DNA from: Priapulus caudatus
Lineage: Eukaryota
DNA length: 49,271 bases
Reading direction: 5' to 3'
Assembly (NCBI RefSeq): GCF_000485595.1
Contig: NW_014577068.1
Span: forward strand, 108,407-157,677
Shown here piece by piece: positions 8,626 to 18,838 of the stretch (the stretch's first letter is position 1; each line of letters opens with the position of its first letter). The notes under the pieces are model-generated. The model ran no database searches, was not told the origin of the DNA, and was given only the letters and a program-made list of their open reading frames with translations. A program made the translations under genes and the position numbers.

Positions 8626-11600
8626 CGTGGAAACATCAATGCCATGAGTATTTCGTACCGAGTATACGTACCCGAGAGTACGCCGAGTAGATACGTACCC
8701 GAGTAGTAGTGCGGTACCCGAGTAGTACGTACCCGAGTAGTACGTACCCGAGTAGTACGTACCCGAGTAGTACCCGAGTAGTACGTACCCGAGTAGTACC
8801 CGAGTAGTACGTACCCGAGTAGTACGTACCCGAGTAGTACCCGAGTAGTACGTACCCGAGTAGCTAACGCCGGAGTAAGTACGTACCACGAGGTAGATAC
8901 CCGAGTAGTACGTACTCCGAGTAGTGACTACGCCGAGTAGTACCGACGTCGAGTATACCCGAGTAGTTCACCTGAGTAGGTACGTACAGCCGAGTGTACG
9001 TACCGGCCGAGTAGTAACCCGAGTAGTACCGCGAGTATACGTACCCTGAGTAGTAGCCGCGAGTATTACCCGATAAGTACGTACCCGAGTAGTAGCGTAC
9101 CGGGGCGAGGTAGTACCCGAGTAGTACCCGAGTCAGATACGTACGCCGACGTAGTACGTACCGAGGTAGTACGTACCCGAGTAGTGACCCGAGTAGTAAC
9201 GCCCGAGTAGTACGTACCACGTAGTACGTACCCGAGTAGTAACGTACGCCGAGTAAGTACCGAGTAGTACCCCGAGTAGACCGAGTGTACGTACCCGAGA
9301 TTTGGTCCCGAGTAGTACGTACCCGAGTAGTACCCGAGTAGTACCCGAGTAGTACCCGAGTAGTACGTACCCGAGTAGTACCCGAGTAGTACCCGAGTAG
9401 TACGTACCCGAGTAGTACGTACCCGAGTAGTACGTACCCGAGTAGTACGTACCCGAAGTGTAACCCGAGTAGACGTACCCGAGTAAGTACGTCACCCGAG
9501 TAGTACGGTACCGCGAGTAGTACCCAGAGTAGTACGCGAGAGTAAGTAACCGTGAGTAGTACGACCCGAGTAGGTAAGGCGTACCCCGAGTAGTACCCGA
9601 GTAAGTACCCGAGTAGTACCCCGAGTAGTACGTACCCCGAGTAGTACTACCCGAGTAGTATCCGAGTAGTACGATACGCCGAGTAGTAGCGTTACCCGAG
9701 TAGGGTACCCGAGTAGTACGTACCGCCGGTAGTTACGTACCCCGAGTATTACTACCCGAGTACAGTACGTACCTCGAGTAGTACCCGAAGTAGTCCCGAG
9801 TAGTACGCCGAGTAGTTACGTAACCCGAGTAGTAGACTACCCGAGTAGTACGTACCCGAGTAGTACCCGAAGTAGTACCGATTTATTATAGTACGTACCG
9901 CGGAGTAGTACCCGAGTAGTAACGCCGAGTTAATACGTACCTCGAGTAGTACGTACCGTCCGAAGTAGTACCCGAGTATACCGGCGACCGTAGTACGTAC
10001 CCATAGTACGTACGACCGGAGTAGTACGTACCGAGAGTGAGTACGTACTCCGAGTAGTCGTACCCGAGTAGTACGTACCCCCGAGTAGTAACGTCGCGAG
10101 GTAGTACCCCGAGTAGGGTAACGTACCCGAGTAGTACGTACCCGAGTAGTACGTACCCGAGTAGTACGTACCCGAGTAGTACGTACCCGAGTAGTACGTA
10201 CCCGAGTAGTACGTACCCGAGTAGTATCGTAACCCAGGAGAGTAGTACGTACCCGAGTAGTACGTACCCGAGTAGTACCCGAGTAGTACGTACCCGAGTA
10301 GTACGTACCCGAGTAGTACGTACCCGAGTAGTACGTACCCGAGTAAAGTACGTACCCGAGTATACTACGCCGAGTAGTACGCCGAGTAGATACCGAGTAG
10401 TAGCTACCCGAGTAGTACGTACACGAGTAGCTACGTACGCCGAGTAGTACGTACGCCGAGTAGTACGTACCCAGGAGTAGTACCGAAGTACCAGAGTCTA
10501 CCGCCGAGTAGTACGTTACCCCGAGGTAGTTAACGTCCCGAGTAGTGCGTTCACGCAGCGTACACGTATTTGAAATGATTAGCTGCTGAAGTAGCAGGTT
10601 TCAGCTGAGATTTAAATTCGGAAACCACTTGTTGTCTTAGGTACAACTTAAAACGTGGCTCCGCTGACTAGTCTCAGTAGCAATTCGCACAGAAGATTAC
10701 CATACAAAGTCAGATGAAAATCTGAGTGCAAATATCTCCGGTGAAGACTTTCTGTTATATGGCTCTGTAATGTACAGGGGACCGTGGTTGACGACAGTCT
10801 GCTTCTGATGAGGCTCTACGGACGCCGTGATAGGAGCTGGCTGTCAATAGATGTGACAGATCCAGAACGGCTGGCCAATAGATTATCCACTACTTACACT
10901 CAAAATTGTGTGTATGTACAACCCATTGCATTCTAGTTTAGAGTTGTTAAATAGTAAATTGCACGAACTAAGAAAACACCAGACATTCCTAAGCTTAAAA
11001 TTATTATCTGTAAAATTAGCTACTAGACTGGTAGTTCTTTGACGTTGTAGTAGATTTGCCTGCTCAGCTGCTTTGGCTTTTTCGTATCACTTATTAGGGT
11101 CTCATTTCAAAGCGGCTAATATGAAAGAGCCTATTTTATTTACTGCTAACCCTTCTTACGGGAGGATGATGTGAAAGGTAAACTGTGTGCACATACACTC
11201 ATAGATAGCCGCTGTTTTCTTTTTCTGTTGTAGAACTTTTGCAGTGGTGCTCAGGCGTTAACATACTACTACCCTAGTAATCATGTGAGCGGGTAGCTAT
11301 CGTGTTAAATCACAAAGCTGTAACACAGACTAGTTGCTTCACTGTTAGCAGTGGTGCTACCCACATTGGCAGCGCAGTAGTGCAGACACGTGGGCGGCAA
11401 GCCAACATGGTTCTAGCCTAACAGCACGTAACATCTTGCTAGGGCTCCGAGGCCAACCAAATGCCGAAGTGCATTCAACGTTTGGAGCAAAAAGCTGGCA
11501 AGGATGGCAATAAACTCTCATCTTTAGTACAGCTGGGCATTGATGTGAATTATGGTTGTGTGTGTGTGCGTGCTGGCGTACGTACTGTGCTACATATGCT

Positions 11601-12675
11601 ATGAGTTAAAAACCAAATGCTATTTTCCGTTTTGTTCAAAACTACCAAAACTAGGACTTGCAATATGGGATAAAGGTCAGAGCTGTGATGATTATCCAAT
11701 GTGACTGTACGTGCCAAATAAAGGTCACTACTAAGTGACACACAGAGACAGTCTTGAGCTATATTTCCTCATTAATTATCGAATCGACATAGGCCGTAAC
11801 TAGTTCTGTATTAATTTCAGTAGGAAACTTAACTCTAGTTTTACCGAATTGTACTTTAAGCTACAAGTGAGAACAGTTCGCATTTTCTGGTTTGGCATTT
11901 TGGGCAATTTTTGGAAGACTGATAGGGTTGTATATGAGTACTTGTATAATCCAGCGAAGGTTTGTAATTAACCATCAGAGCCAAATCTAGGTTTATACTT
12001 TGGAAATGATAATTAAATGTAATGAGATATTGTGAAGCTTGGATAAATCGGCATAATAACCCGTTTTTAGCTCACGCTTGAACGTCAAGATGAGTTTGCA
12101 TGGGTCGCCGTGCCCGTCGTACGTCCGTCCGTCCCGTCTTCCTGTTCAACATTTGGCTACGTCAACGATAACCAGGAATCCGTTTAACCCACATGTTTGA
12201 AAATGTATAGTTTGTTACTGCTATGGACGAGGTTTGAAACGTCCTATTTTGGAAGCACGCCAGTCGCGTAACTTTCGAGGCCACGGCAATTTTTTGGCAA
12301 AAATGAAATTGCCATTACTCTCGGCATCTAGTCAAGTTCAGGTTCAACGGATTTTGCTCATTTTTTGTAATGTGAAGTGACTAAGGGCTGGCCGCCAAAA
12401 CGTATGAGCAGGCTTTACTGATATTTAAAATAAATTATGCTAATTAAGGTAGTTTTGGGCAATAACAGTCCTCTGGTGTCACACTCGCGGTTCGTTTTAC
12501 AAATTTCATTGACAATATCTTAATGCAAAAGTTGGTTATTTCCTCTCCACCTCTGCCGTAAAAACGTTATATACTATTAGGGTAAACGTTTTACAAACAT
12601 GTGGAACGCAGCAATACAGCTATCTATTTTGAACGCCATCGCTAGAAAACATCAAGCGGCGTAAAGCGCTCCATC
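8600..12675 (+). other. Indel-rich duplicate of ~13740-16805 (GRHPR intron 7 to 3' flank), with broken copies of exon 8 (~10778-10910) and exon 9 (~11352-11485); probably long-read gap fill or alternate haplotype
   Basis: Collinear with the clean copy, differing mainly by scattered 1-2 nt indels in exons and introns alike; ends near the N-gap at 13308. Confidence 0.85.
8655..10547. repeat. ~1.9-kb minisatellite of alternating 15-bp (cccgagtagtacgta) and 11-bp (cccgagtagta) units
   Basis: Directly visible; clean runs at 8717-8860, 9308-9455 and 10125-10345. Confidence 0.95.
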
Positions 12676-13318
12676 CCAGATGAAGACGGATACAGAGAAA
12701 GCGTTGCCCGAAAGGAGTATGTTGATCCAGCCAATGCGCTGAATGCGCAGATCTTTCGCGCAGTTTACGCGGCAGGAGGCGCACGAGGCGACGCGGACAG
12801 TCACGCTACGACAGTAGGCAGCGCTGGCAGCTAGGATGCCGTGCGCCGAATGATGGCCGGCGCACGGATCCATACTGCCAGCGAGAAACAGTCCGCAATT
12901 TAGTGGGGGAACACAGAGGGTAGACATTGGACGTCAACAGTGTTGACTTCTAATAAAAACTGTAACCGAGTAATTCTGTTCGTAAGGCCGAGCTGTGTGA
13001 CGGCGAAATCAGAGAAGACTCGTCCGCAAATCTGAGCATTCGCGAACCTTGCACCAGTAATGCAAACGCTCGTCAGACATCACGAAAACAGCCTACCGGC
13101 GCTTCGCGCCACAACGCTGCAACGTCTTTTGCACGTTCCAATGGACGAGGCTCGTACGGGAGTTTGAAAGCAGTGCGCGCCTGCCCGCCGCCTATAGCCA
13201 CAAGACTGGCACTCTCTCGCACCTCTCGGCTAGCTTAGTCACTGAAATGGCTAATCGAGGGGGAGACAGAGTCCTAGTCTAGTGTATAGCCTTGCACCTC
13301 GCAACCTNNNNNNNNNNG

Positions 13319-13762
13319 GTGAGTTACAGCTGCAGTCTTCGTGAACACCAGCTGGTGAGTTACAGCTGCAGTGTTCGTGAACACCAGCCGGTGAGTTACA
13401 GCTGCAGTGTTCGTGAACACCAGCTGGTGAGTTACAGCTGCAGTGTTCGTGAACACCAGCCGGTGAGTTACAGCTGCAGTCTTCGTGAACGCCAGCTGGT
13501 GAGTTACAGCTGCAGTGTTCGTGAACGCCAGCTGGTGAGTTACAGCTGCAGTCTTCGTGAACACCAGCCGGTGAGTTACAGCTGCAGTGTTCGTGAACAC
13601 CAGCTGGTGAGTTACAGTTGCAGTCTTCGTGAACACCAGCTGGTGAGTTACAGCTGTAGTGTTCGTGAACACCAGCCGGTGAGTTACAGCTGCAGTCTTC
13701 GTGAACACCAGCTGGTGAGTTACAGCTGCAGTCTTCGTGAACGCCAGCAGTTGACTTACAGC
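13319..13762 (+). repeat. 36-bp splice-donor minisatellite (clean copy, 12 units plus a degenerate last donor)
   Basis: 12 units are visible in the ORF track as VSYSCS[LV]RE[HR]Q[LPQ]; the final junction reads cag/ttgact instead of cg/gtgagt. Confidence 0.95.
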
Positions 13763-14027
13763 CGTGGAAACATCAATCCATGAGTATTTCGTTACCCGTA
13801 CGTTCACGGCAGGTACACGTATTTGAAATGAGTAGCTGCTGAAGTACAGGTTTCAGCTGAGATTTAATTCGGAAACCACTTTGTTGTCTTTAGGTGACAA
13901 TTAAAACTGTGCTCCCTGACTATTTCAGTAGCAATTCGCAAGAAGATGTACGATTACAAGTCAATGAAAACTGAGTGCAAATCTCCAGTGAAGACTTTCT
14001 GTTTATTATGGCTCTGTGATGTAATAG

Positions 14028-14158
14028 GGGAACCGTGGTTGACCAGTCTGCTCTGTATGAGGCTCTACGGGATGGCGTCATAGGAGCTGCTGGTATAGAT
14101 GTGACAGATCCAGAACCGTTGCCAATAGATAGTCCACTACTTACACTCAAAAATTGTG
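14028..14158 (+). CDS. GRHPR: GRHPR exon 8
   Basis: aatag|...|gtatgt; (R)[43 protein letters not shown], with the catalytic Arg (NTSRG) and Glu (DPEP). Confidence 0.96.
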
Positions 14159-14560
14159 GTATGTACACCATTGCATTCTAGTTTACAGTTGTTATAATAG
14201 TAAATTGCACGAACGTAACAGACATTCCTAGGCTTAAAATTATTCTGTAAAATAGCTACTAGAATGGTAGTTCTTTGACTTGTAGTAGATTTTGCTGCTA
14301 TGCTGCTTTGCTTTCTATGCAGCTTATTAGGTCTCATTTCACAGCTAATATGAAAGAGCCTATTTTATTTACTGCTAACTTTCTTAGGGAGATTATGTGA
14401 AAGTAAACTGTGTGCACATACACTAGACAGGCCAGCTGTTTCTTTTTCTTGTAGATACTTTTGCAGTGTGCTCAGCGTTAACATACTAGTATAATGTGAC
14501 AGGGTAGTAATGTGGTTAAAGTCACAAAGCTGTAACACGATTATTTGTTCACTGTTACAG

Positions 14561-14682
14561 TGGTGCTACCCCACATTGGCAGCGCAGTAGTGCAGACACG
14601 GGAAGATATGTCTAGCCTAACAGCACGTAACATACTTGCTGGGCTCCGAGGCCAACCAATGCCCAGTGCATTCAACGTTTGA
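14561..14682 (+). CDS. GRHPR: GRHPR exon 9 (terminal, stop TGA)
   Basis: ttacag|; [40 protein letters not shown], with the catalytic His in PHIGSA. Confidence 0.96.
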
Positions 14683-14702
14683 GAAAAGCTGGAAAGGATG
14701 GC

Positions 14703-14708
14703 AATAAA
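14703..14708 (+). terminator. Candidate GRHPR polyadenylation signal (second AATAAA at 14931-14936)
   Basis: AATAAA downstream of the stop codon; motif only. Confidence 0.4.
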
Positions 14709-14747
14709 TCTCAATCTTTTAAAGTACAGTGCATTGATGTGAAATAT

Positions 14748-14748
14748 A

Positions 14749-14800
<52 letters not shown>

Positions 14801-14810
14801 TACGTGTGTG
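14748..14810. repeat. (GT)n(GCGT)n microsatellite in the GRHPR 3' region
   Basis: Visible; shorter in the noisy copy (~11558-11585). Confidence 0.9.
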
Positions 14811-15025
14811 TTGATATGCTATGAGTTAAAAACCAATCTATTTTCCGTTTTGGTTCAAAACTAAAACTATGGATGCAATATGGGATAAAGGTCAGAGCTG
14901 TGATGATTATCATGTGACGTGTACGTGCCAAATAAAGGTCACTACTAAGTTACACAGAGAAGTTCTTGACTATATTTCCTCATTAATTATGAATCAGACA
15001 TAGGCCGAACTAGTTTGTATTAATT

Positions 15026-15765
15026 GTATCCCCCGCGACGAAGTTGGCGGGGATACTATGGTTTCATGTCTCCCAGCCGCCGCCGCCGCCGCTCGGTCCG
15101 CCGCAGAGAATTTTCCTTCCGCTCTATAACTCCTATGACCTAGCGTGATCAAACTTGGTATACTTACACATCTTGAGGAGAAGGTGTGCAAAGTACCAAA
15201 ACCAGGTCACTGCGACTTTTATTTGACCTTTACCTTGACCTTGATCATATTTCCTTTCCGCTCTATAACTCGGCCCCTAATTGACCTAGCGCTACCAAAA
15301 CCAGGTCACTACGACCTTTATTTGACCTTTACCTTGACCTTGATCATATTTCCTTTCCGCTCTATAACTCGGCCCCTAATTGACCTAGCGCTACCAAACT
15401 TGGTATACTTACACATCTTGGGGAGAATGTGTGTCGCGTACCAAAACAAGGTCACTGCGGCTTTTATTTGACCTTGATCTTGACCTTGATCATATTTCTC
15501 TTCCACTTTATAACTGGGCCCCTAATTGACCTAGCGCGACCAAACTTGGTATACTTACACATCTTGGGGAGAAGGTGTGTCGCGTACCGAAACCAGGTCA
15601 CTGCAACCTTTATTTGACCTTGACCTTCACCTTGACCATCATATTTCCCTTCCGCTCTATAACTCGGCCCTTAATTGACCTAGCGTGACCAAACTTCGTA
15701 TACTTACACATCTTGGGGAGAACACGGGGGATACATGTAGTTGGCGACAACTGCCCTTTCTAGTT
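15026..15765 (+). mobile_element. Complete HINE-like (Helentron-associated non-autonomous) element
   Basis: 5' hairpin gtatcccccgc..gcggggatac, (GCC)n tract, about 5 tandem core repeats of ~100-150 bp (ttccgctctataact...), 3' subTIR cgggggatac, hairpin gtagttg-gcga-caactgc, end ctagtt. Sits in a T-run; the empty site taatttcag is seen at 11812-11820. Confidence 0.88.
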
Positions 15766-16158
15766 TCAGTGGAAAACTTAACTCTAGTATTACCGAATTG
15801 TACTTTAAGCTACAAGTTGAGACAGTTCGCATTTTCGGTTTGCATTTTGGTGCAATTTTGGAAGACTGGATAGGGTTTATATTAGTACTTGTATAAATCA
15901 AGAAGTTTACGCGAACTTGCCTGCATGCCTGCCTGCATGCATGCAAGCCTGACGTCATACTTTGAATTTACGCGAGTGGCCGTTAGACTTTTGTGGCGCC
16001 ACGTGTTATATCAGGTGCCGTTCAAAGTATAGCCAATCTCTTAGGTCTCAGCCAATCCTAGGTTATACTTTGGAGAATGATAATTAATGTAATGAGATAG
16101 GTGAAGCTTGGTAAACCGTATAACCCGTTTTTCACACCACCCTTGGGAATTGTGTGCA

Positions 16159-16974
16159 TTTTTAGCTCACCTTGACATCGTCAAGCTGAGCTATTGCCAT
16201 GGGTCGTCGTCCGTCGTACGTCCGTCCGTCCGTCCGTCTGTCAACATTTCGCTACGGTCAACAATAACTCAGGAACCGTTTGACCCACATGTTTGAAATT
16301 GGGTATAGTTGTTACTGCTATGCTCCCATATTAAACGTCCTATTTTGAAGCACGCCAGTCGACGTACTTTCGAGCCACGGCAATTTTTTGGCAAAAATGG
16401 GAATTGCCATTATAGTCCGGTGGCTTAGCAAAATTTTTGTGACACGCTGGTCCAAAGCACCAAAATTGGTACAAATGCTCCTTNNNNNNNNNNAACTCAG
16501 GAACTGTTTGATCCACATGTTTGAGATTGGGTATAGTTGTTACTGCTATGCTCCTATATTAAACGTCCTATTTTGAAGCACGCCAGTCGATCGACGTACT
16601 TTCGAGCCACGGCAATTTTTTGGCAAAAATGGGAATTGCCATTAGTCAGATGCTGGAAAAAAAATGGAATTTTAAATTGGAATTTCCTCTCCACCCTGCC
16701 GATAAAACGTCTATATTAGAGTAAAGTTTTACAAAACATGTCGGAATGCAGCATAACCTATTTATTTCAAACGCCATCGCTACAAAGCGGGTATAGCTCC
16801 ATCTACGGTCACAAATTGTGATTCATTTTGGTTTATAAATTATTATTGCGATATACAGATGGCAATCGTTTCTATAACGTGCGTCGATGGTTGCTCAATT
16901 AAAACTGACTTCTTCTTACTCACTCATTTGTGTCCTTTGGTGAGCTACAGTGTGATTGACACTTTCATCTTCTT
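16159..16974 (+). mobile_element. HINE-like element, second family, with an internal N-gap
   Basis: tttttagctcaccttgac..gtcaagctgagct hairpin, (GTCC)n, internal repeat (16266 and 16494), 3' ggtgagct plus hairpin agtgt-gattg-acact. Confidence 0.72.
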
Positions 16975-18497
16975 ACAATACTGGGTTTCTAGCCAACGGT
17001 GACTTTCCAGCATGTTTGCTGGCCAACGTCTCATTCTGGGGTGGCACCAAAAATTTGCCTGACAGGGGCAATGAGTAGGCCTACATGACGACAAATGGTC
17101 TCTGAAGAAAGGTGGGGCTAGACATATATTGCGAGTAGGGGGCAAAAATTTAAATTGGGATCCGAATTCCCCCCTCCCCAGATGTTTAAAGTGGCAACCT
17201 ATATTAGCAATAGCAGGGAATAATTATTGTTGTATCTATTACTATTGCTATATTGCAGCACCTCATCTTGCTGATTGTTTTGCATCCATCCTGCTTCAGC
17301 CCTGCGCACACGTGAGTAATTTTACTCAAGAAAAATGATGCATGCGTCAAAATACTCAACGTGTGCGCGCTAGCTGTGTAAATTTACTCAACACTGGTAC
17401 TCACAGCGCATGCGTTTAAATTATTTTAAAGATGGCAAATTTGGTAATGTGTAATATAATTTCTTACTTCGATTTGGTTCGTCGTAAATTAATTGGTCGT
17501 AAATGTGGGCGAGGAAAGCTTCGTCAGATCAGGTACACCGGGCTAATTGTTGCATATTCTTCTGGTGATAGTAGGCCCCTATATGTTGCAGGGATCGATC
17601 CCGAGAGGGTTCTGGGAGTTAGAATCTCCACATTGTGACCTCAGGCCCGATTTTCTCAGTATGTAGCAAAAATATTATACATGTTTTAGTTGAATGAGTT
17701 AATAAGGATAATGCAAGATATGACGTGTATGGTGAAAATCTATCATAATATCCGTATTCTTTCCAATAAAATCTGTGGGGGCCCTTCCTGCGTGCTTTAA
17801 CTGGACGCCATACGTTCAGAATTTCTGGGCCTATGCCCTTGAAATCCGTCGGATTGCAACTGTATTCTATATTAAAACATCTGCGTGAGCCAACTCCCCT
17901 TCTCCAATCCGCTCCGCTTCCACGGGGCCCTTCCCTTCCAGAATTCCTGGATCCGTCTGTGTTGTCTGCTCACGTCGATCATCCGGTTGACCTGTAAAGG
18001 GAATTGCAAATGGCGAGAGCCATTCTCGCATCAGGCGCTTCTCTCTATAGGGGCATCGCGGCCTGATCAAGCAAGGACCGCCGGTCACATACGTTAAAGT
18101 ATCATATATATTCAAATGTGTTGCTGATCTGAGGAGATTGTAACCGGTGAATTATTGGACATCACTCTAAACTGTAGGTGAAGGGAAAAGTATAGCACGT
18201 TTCGCTATGGTCGCAGAGCAAAATTGTGCTAGCAATTATTTCTACGATAACACACTTTACTGGTTCTAATACGATTGATTTATAAGGGCATTATTTCTAT
18301 ACGCGTGCTCATGGGCAAGGTACCTTACTCTTACTGCTTACATTTAAGATTGTTTAATTAAGTCGGATTACACTCTTAAACGGGCTATTCTGAGGTGTAA
18401 ATTTGCAACACAAAATGCAGAATTAAAAAGAAATAAAATAACTACATAATATGTATTATATATATTATAATATGATACCATTGAATCAGCCGCCCCG

Positions 18498-18770
18498 GCG
18501 CGCGCGTGTGTGTGTATGTGCGTGTGTGTAAGAGAGAGAGAGAGGGGGGGGGGCGAGAACGAGGATGTGCTGCGTTGGGTGTGTGTGTGTGCGCGCGTGT
18601 GTGTGTGTGTGTGAGTGTGTGTTGGTGGAGAGTGTGTTGGGGACGAAGAGAGAGACGGAGGTGAGCGCGCGCGCGCGTGAGTGCGTGTGTGTGTGTGTGA
18701 ATTAATATGCATGTGGGTGTGGGTGGGCGAGTGTGTGTCGGCGTGCGTGCGGGTGTGTGCGCGTGCCTGT
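18498..18770. repeat. Compound GT/GA/CG microsatellite
   Basis: Visible low-complexity tract. Confidence 0.85.
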
Positions 18771-18838
18771 TAAGTGTTGTTGTACGCAGTGAGTTATTTA
18801 GAACAACTATAGGTGGCACCGTAGCAATCGTTTCAAAT

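Noticed and set aside
10778..11485. True GRHPR paralogue or pseudogene
   Set aside because: The error pattern and position next to a gap fit a raw long-read duplicate better; not fully excluded.
7990..13762. 36-bp repeats as a CRISPR array
   Set aside because: Units are head-to-tail with no unique spacers, derive from a GRHPR exon/intron junction, and no cas genes are present; the context is eukaryotic.
13274..13807. 12-aa repeat proteins on both strands
   Set aside because: By-product of the 36-bp minisatellite; the GRHPR frame has TGA in every unit.
17304..17368. Short inverted repeat gcgcacacgtgagta/tactcaacgtgtgcgc
   Set aside because: Probably an old MITE scrap; ends and target duplication cannot be defined.
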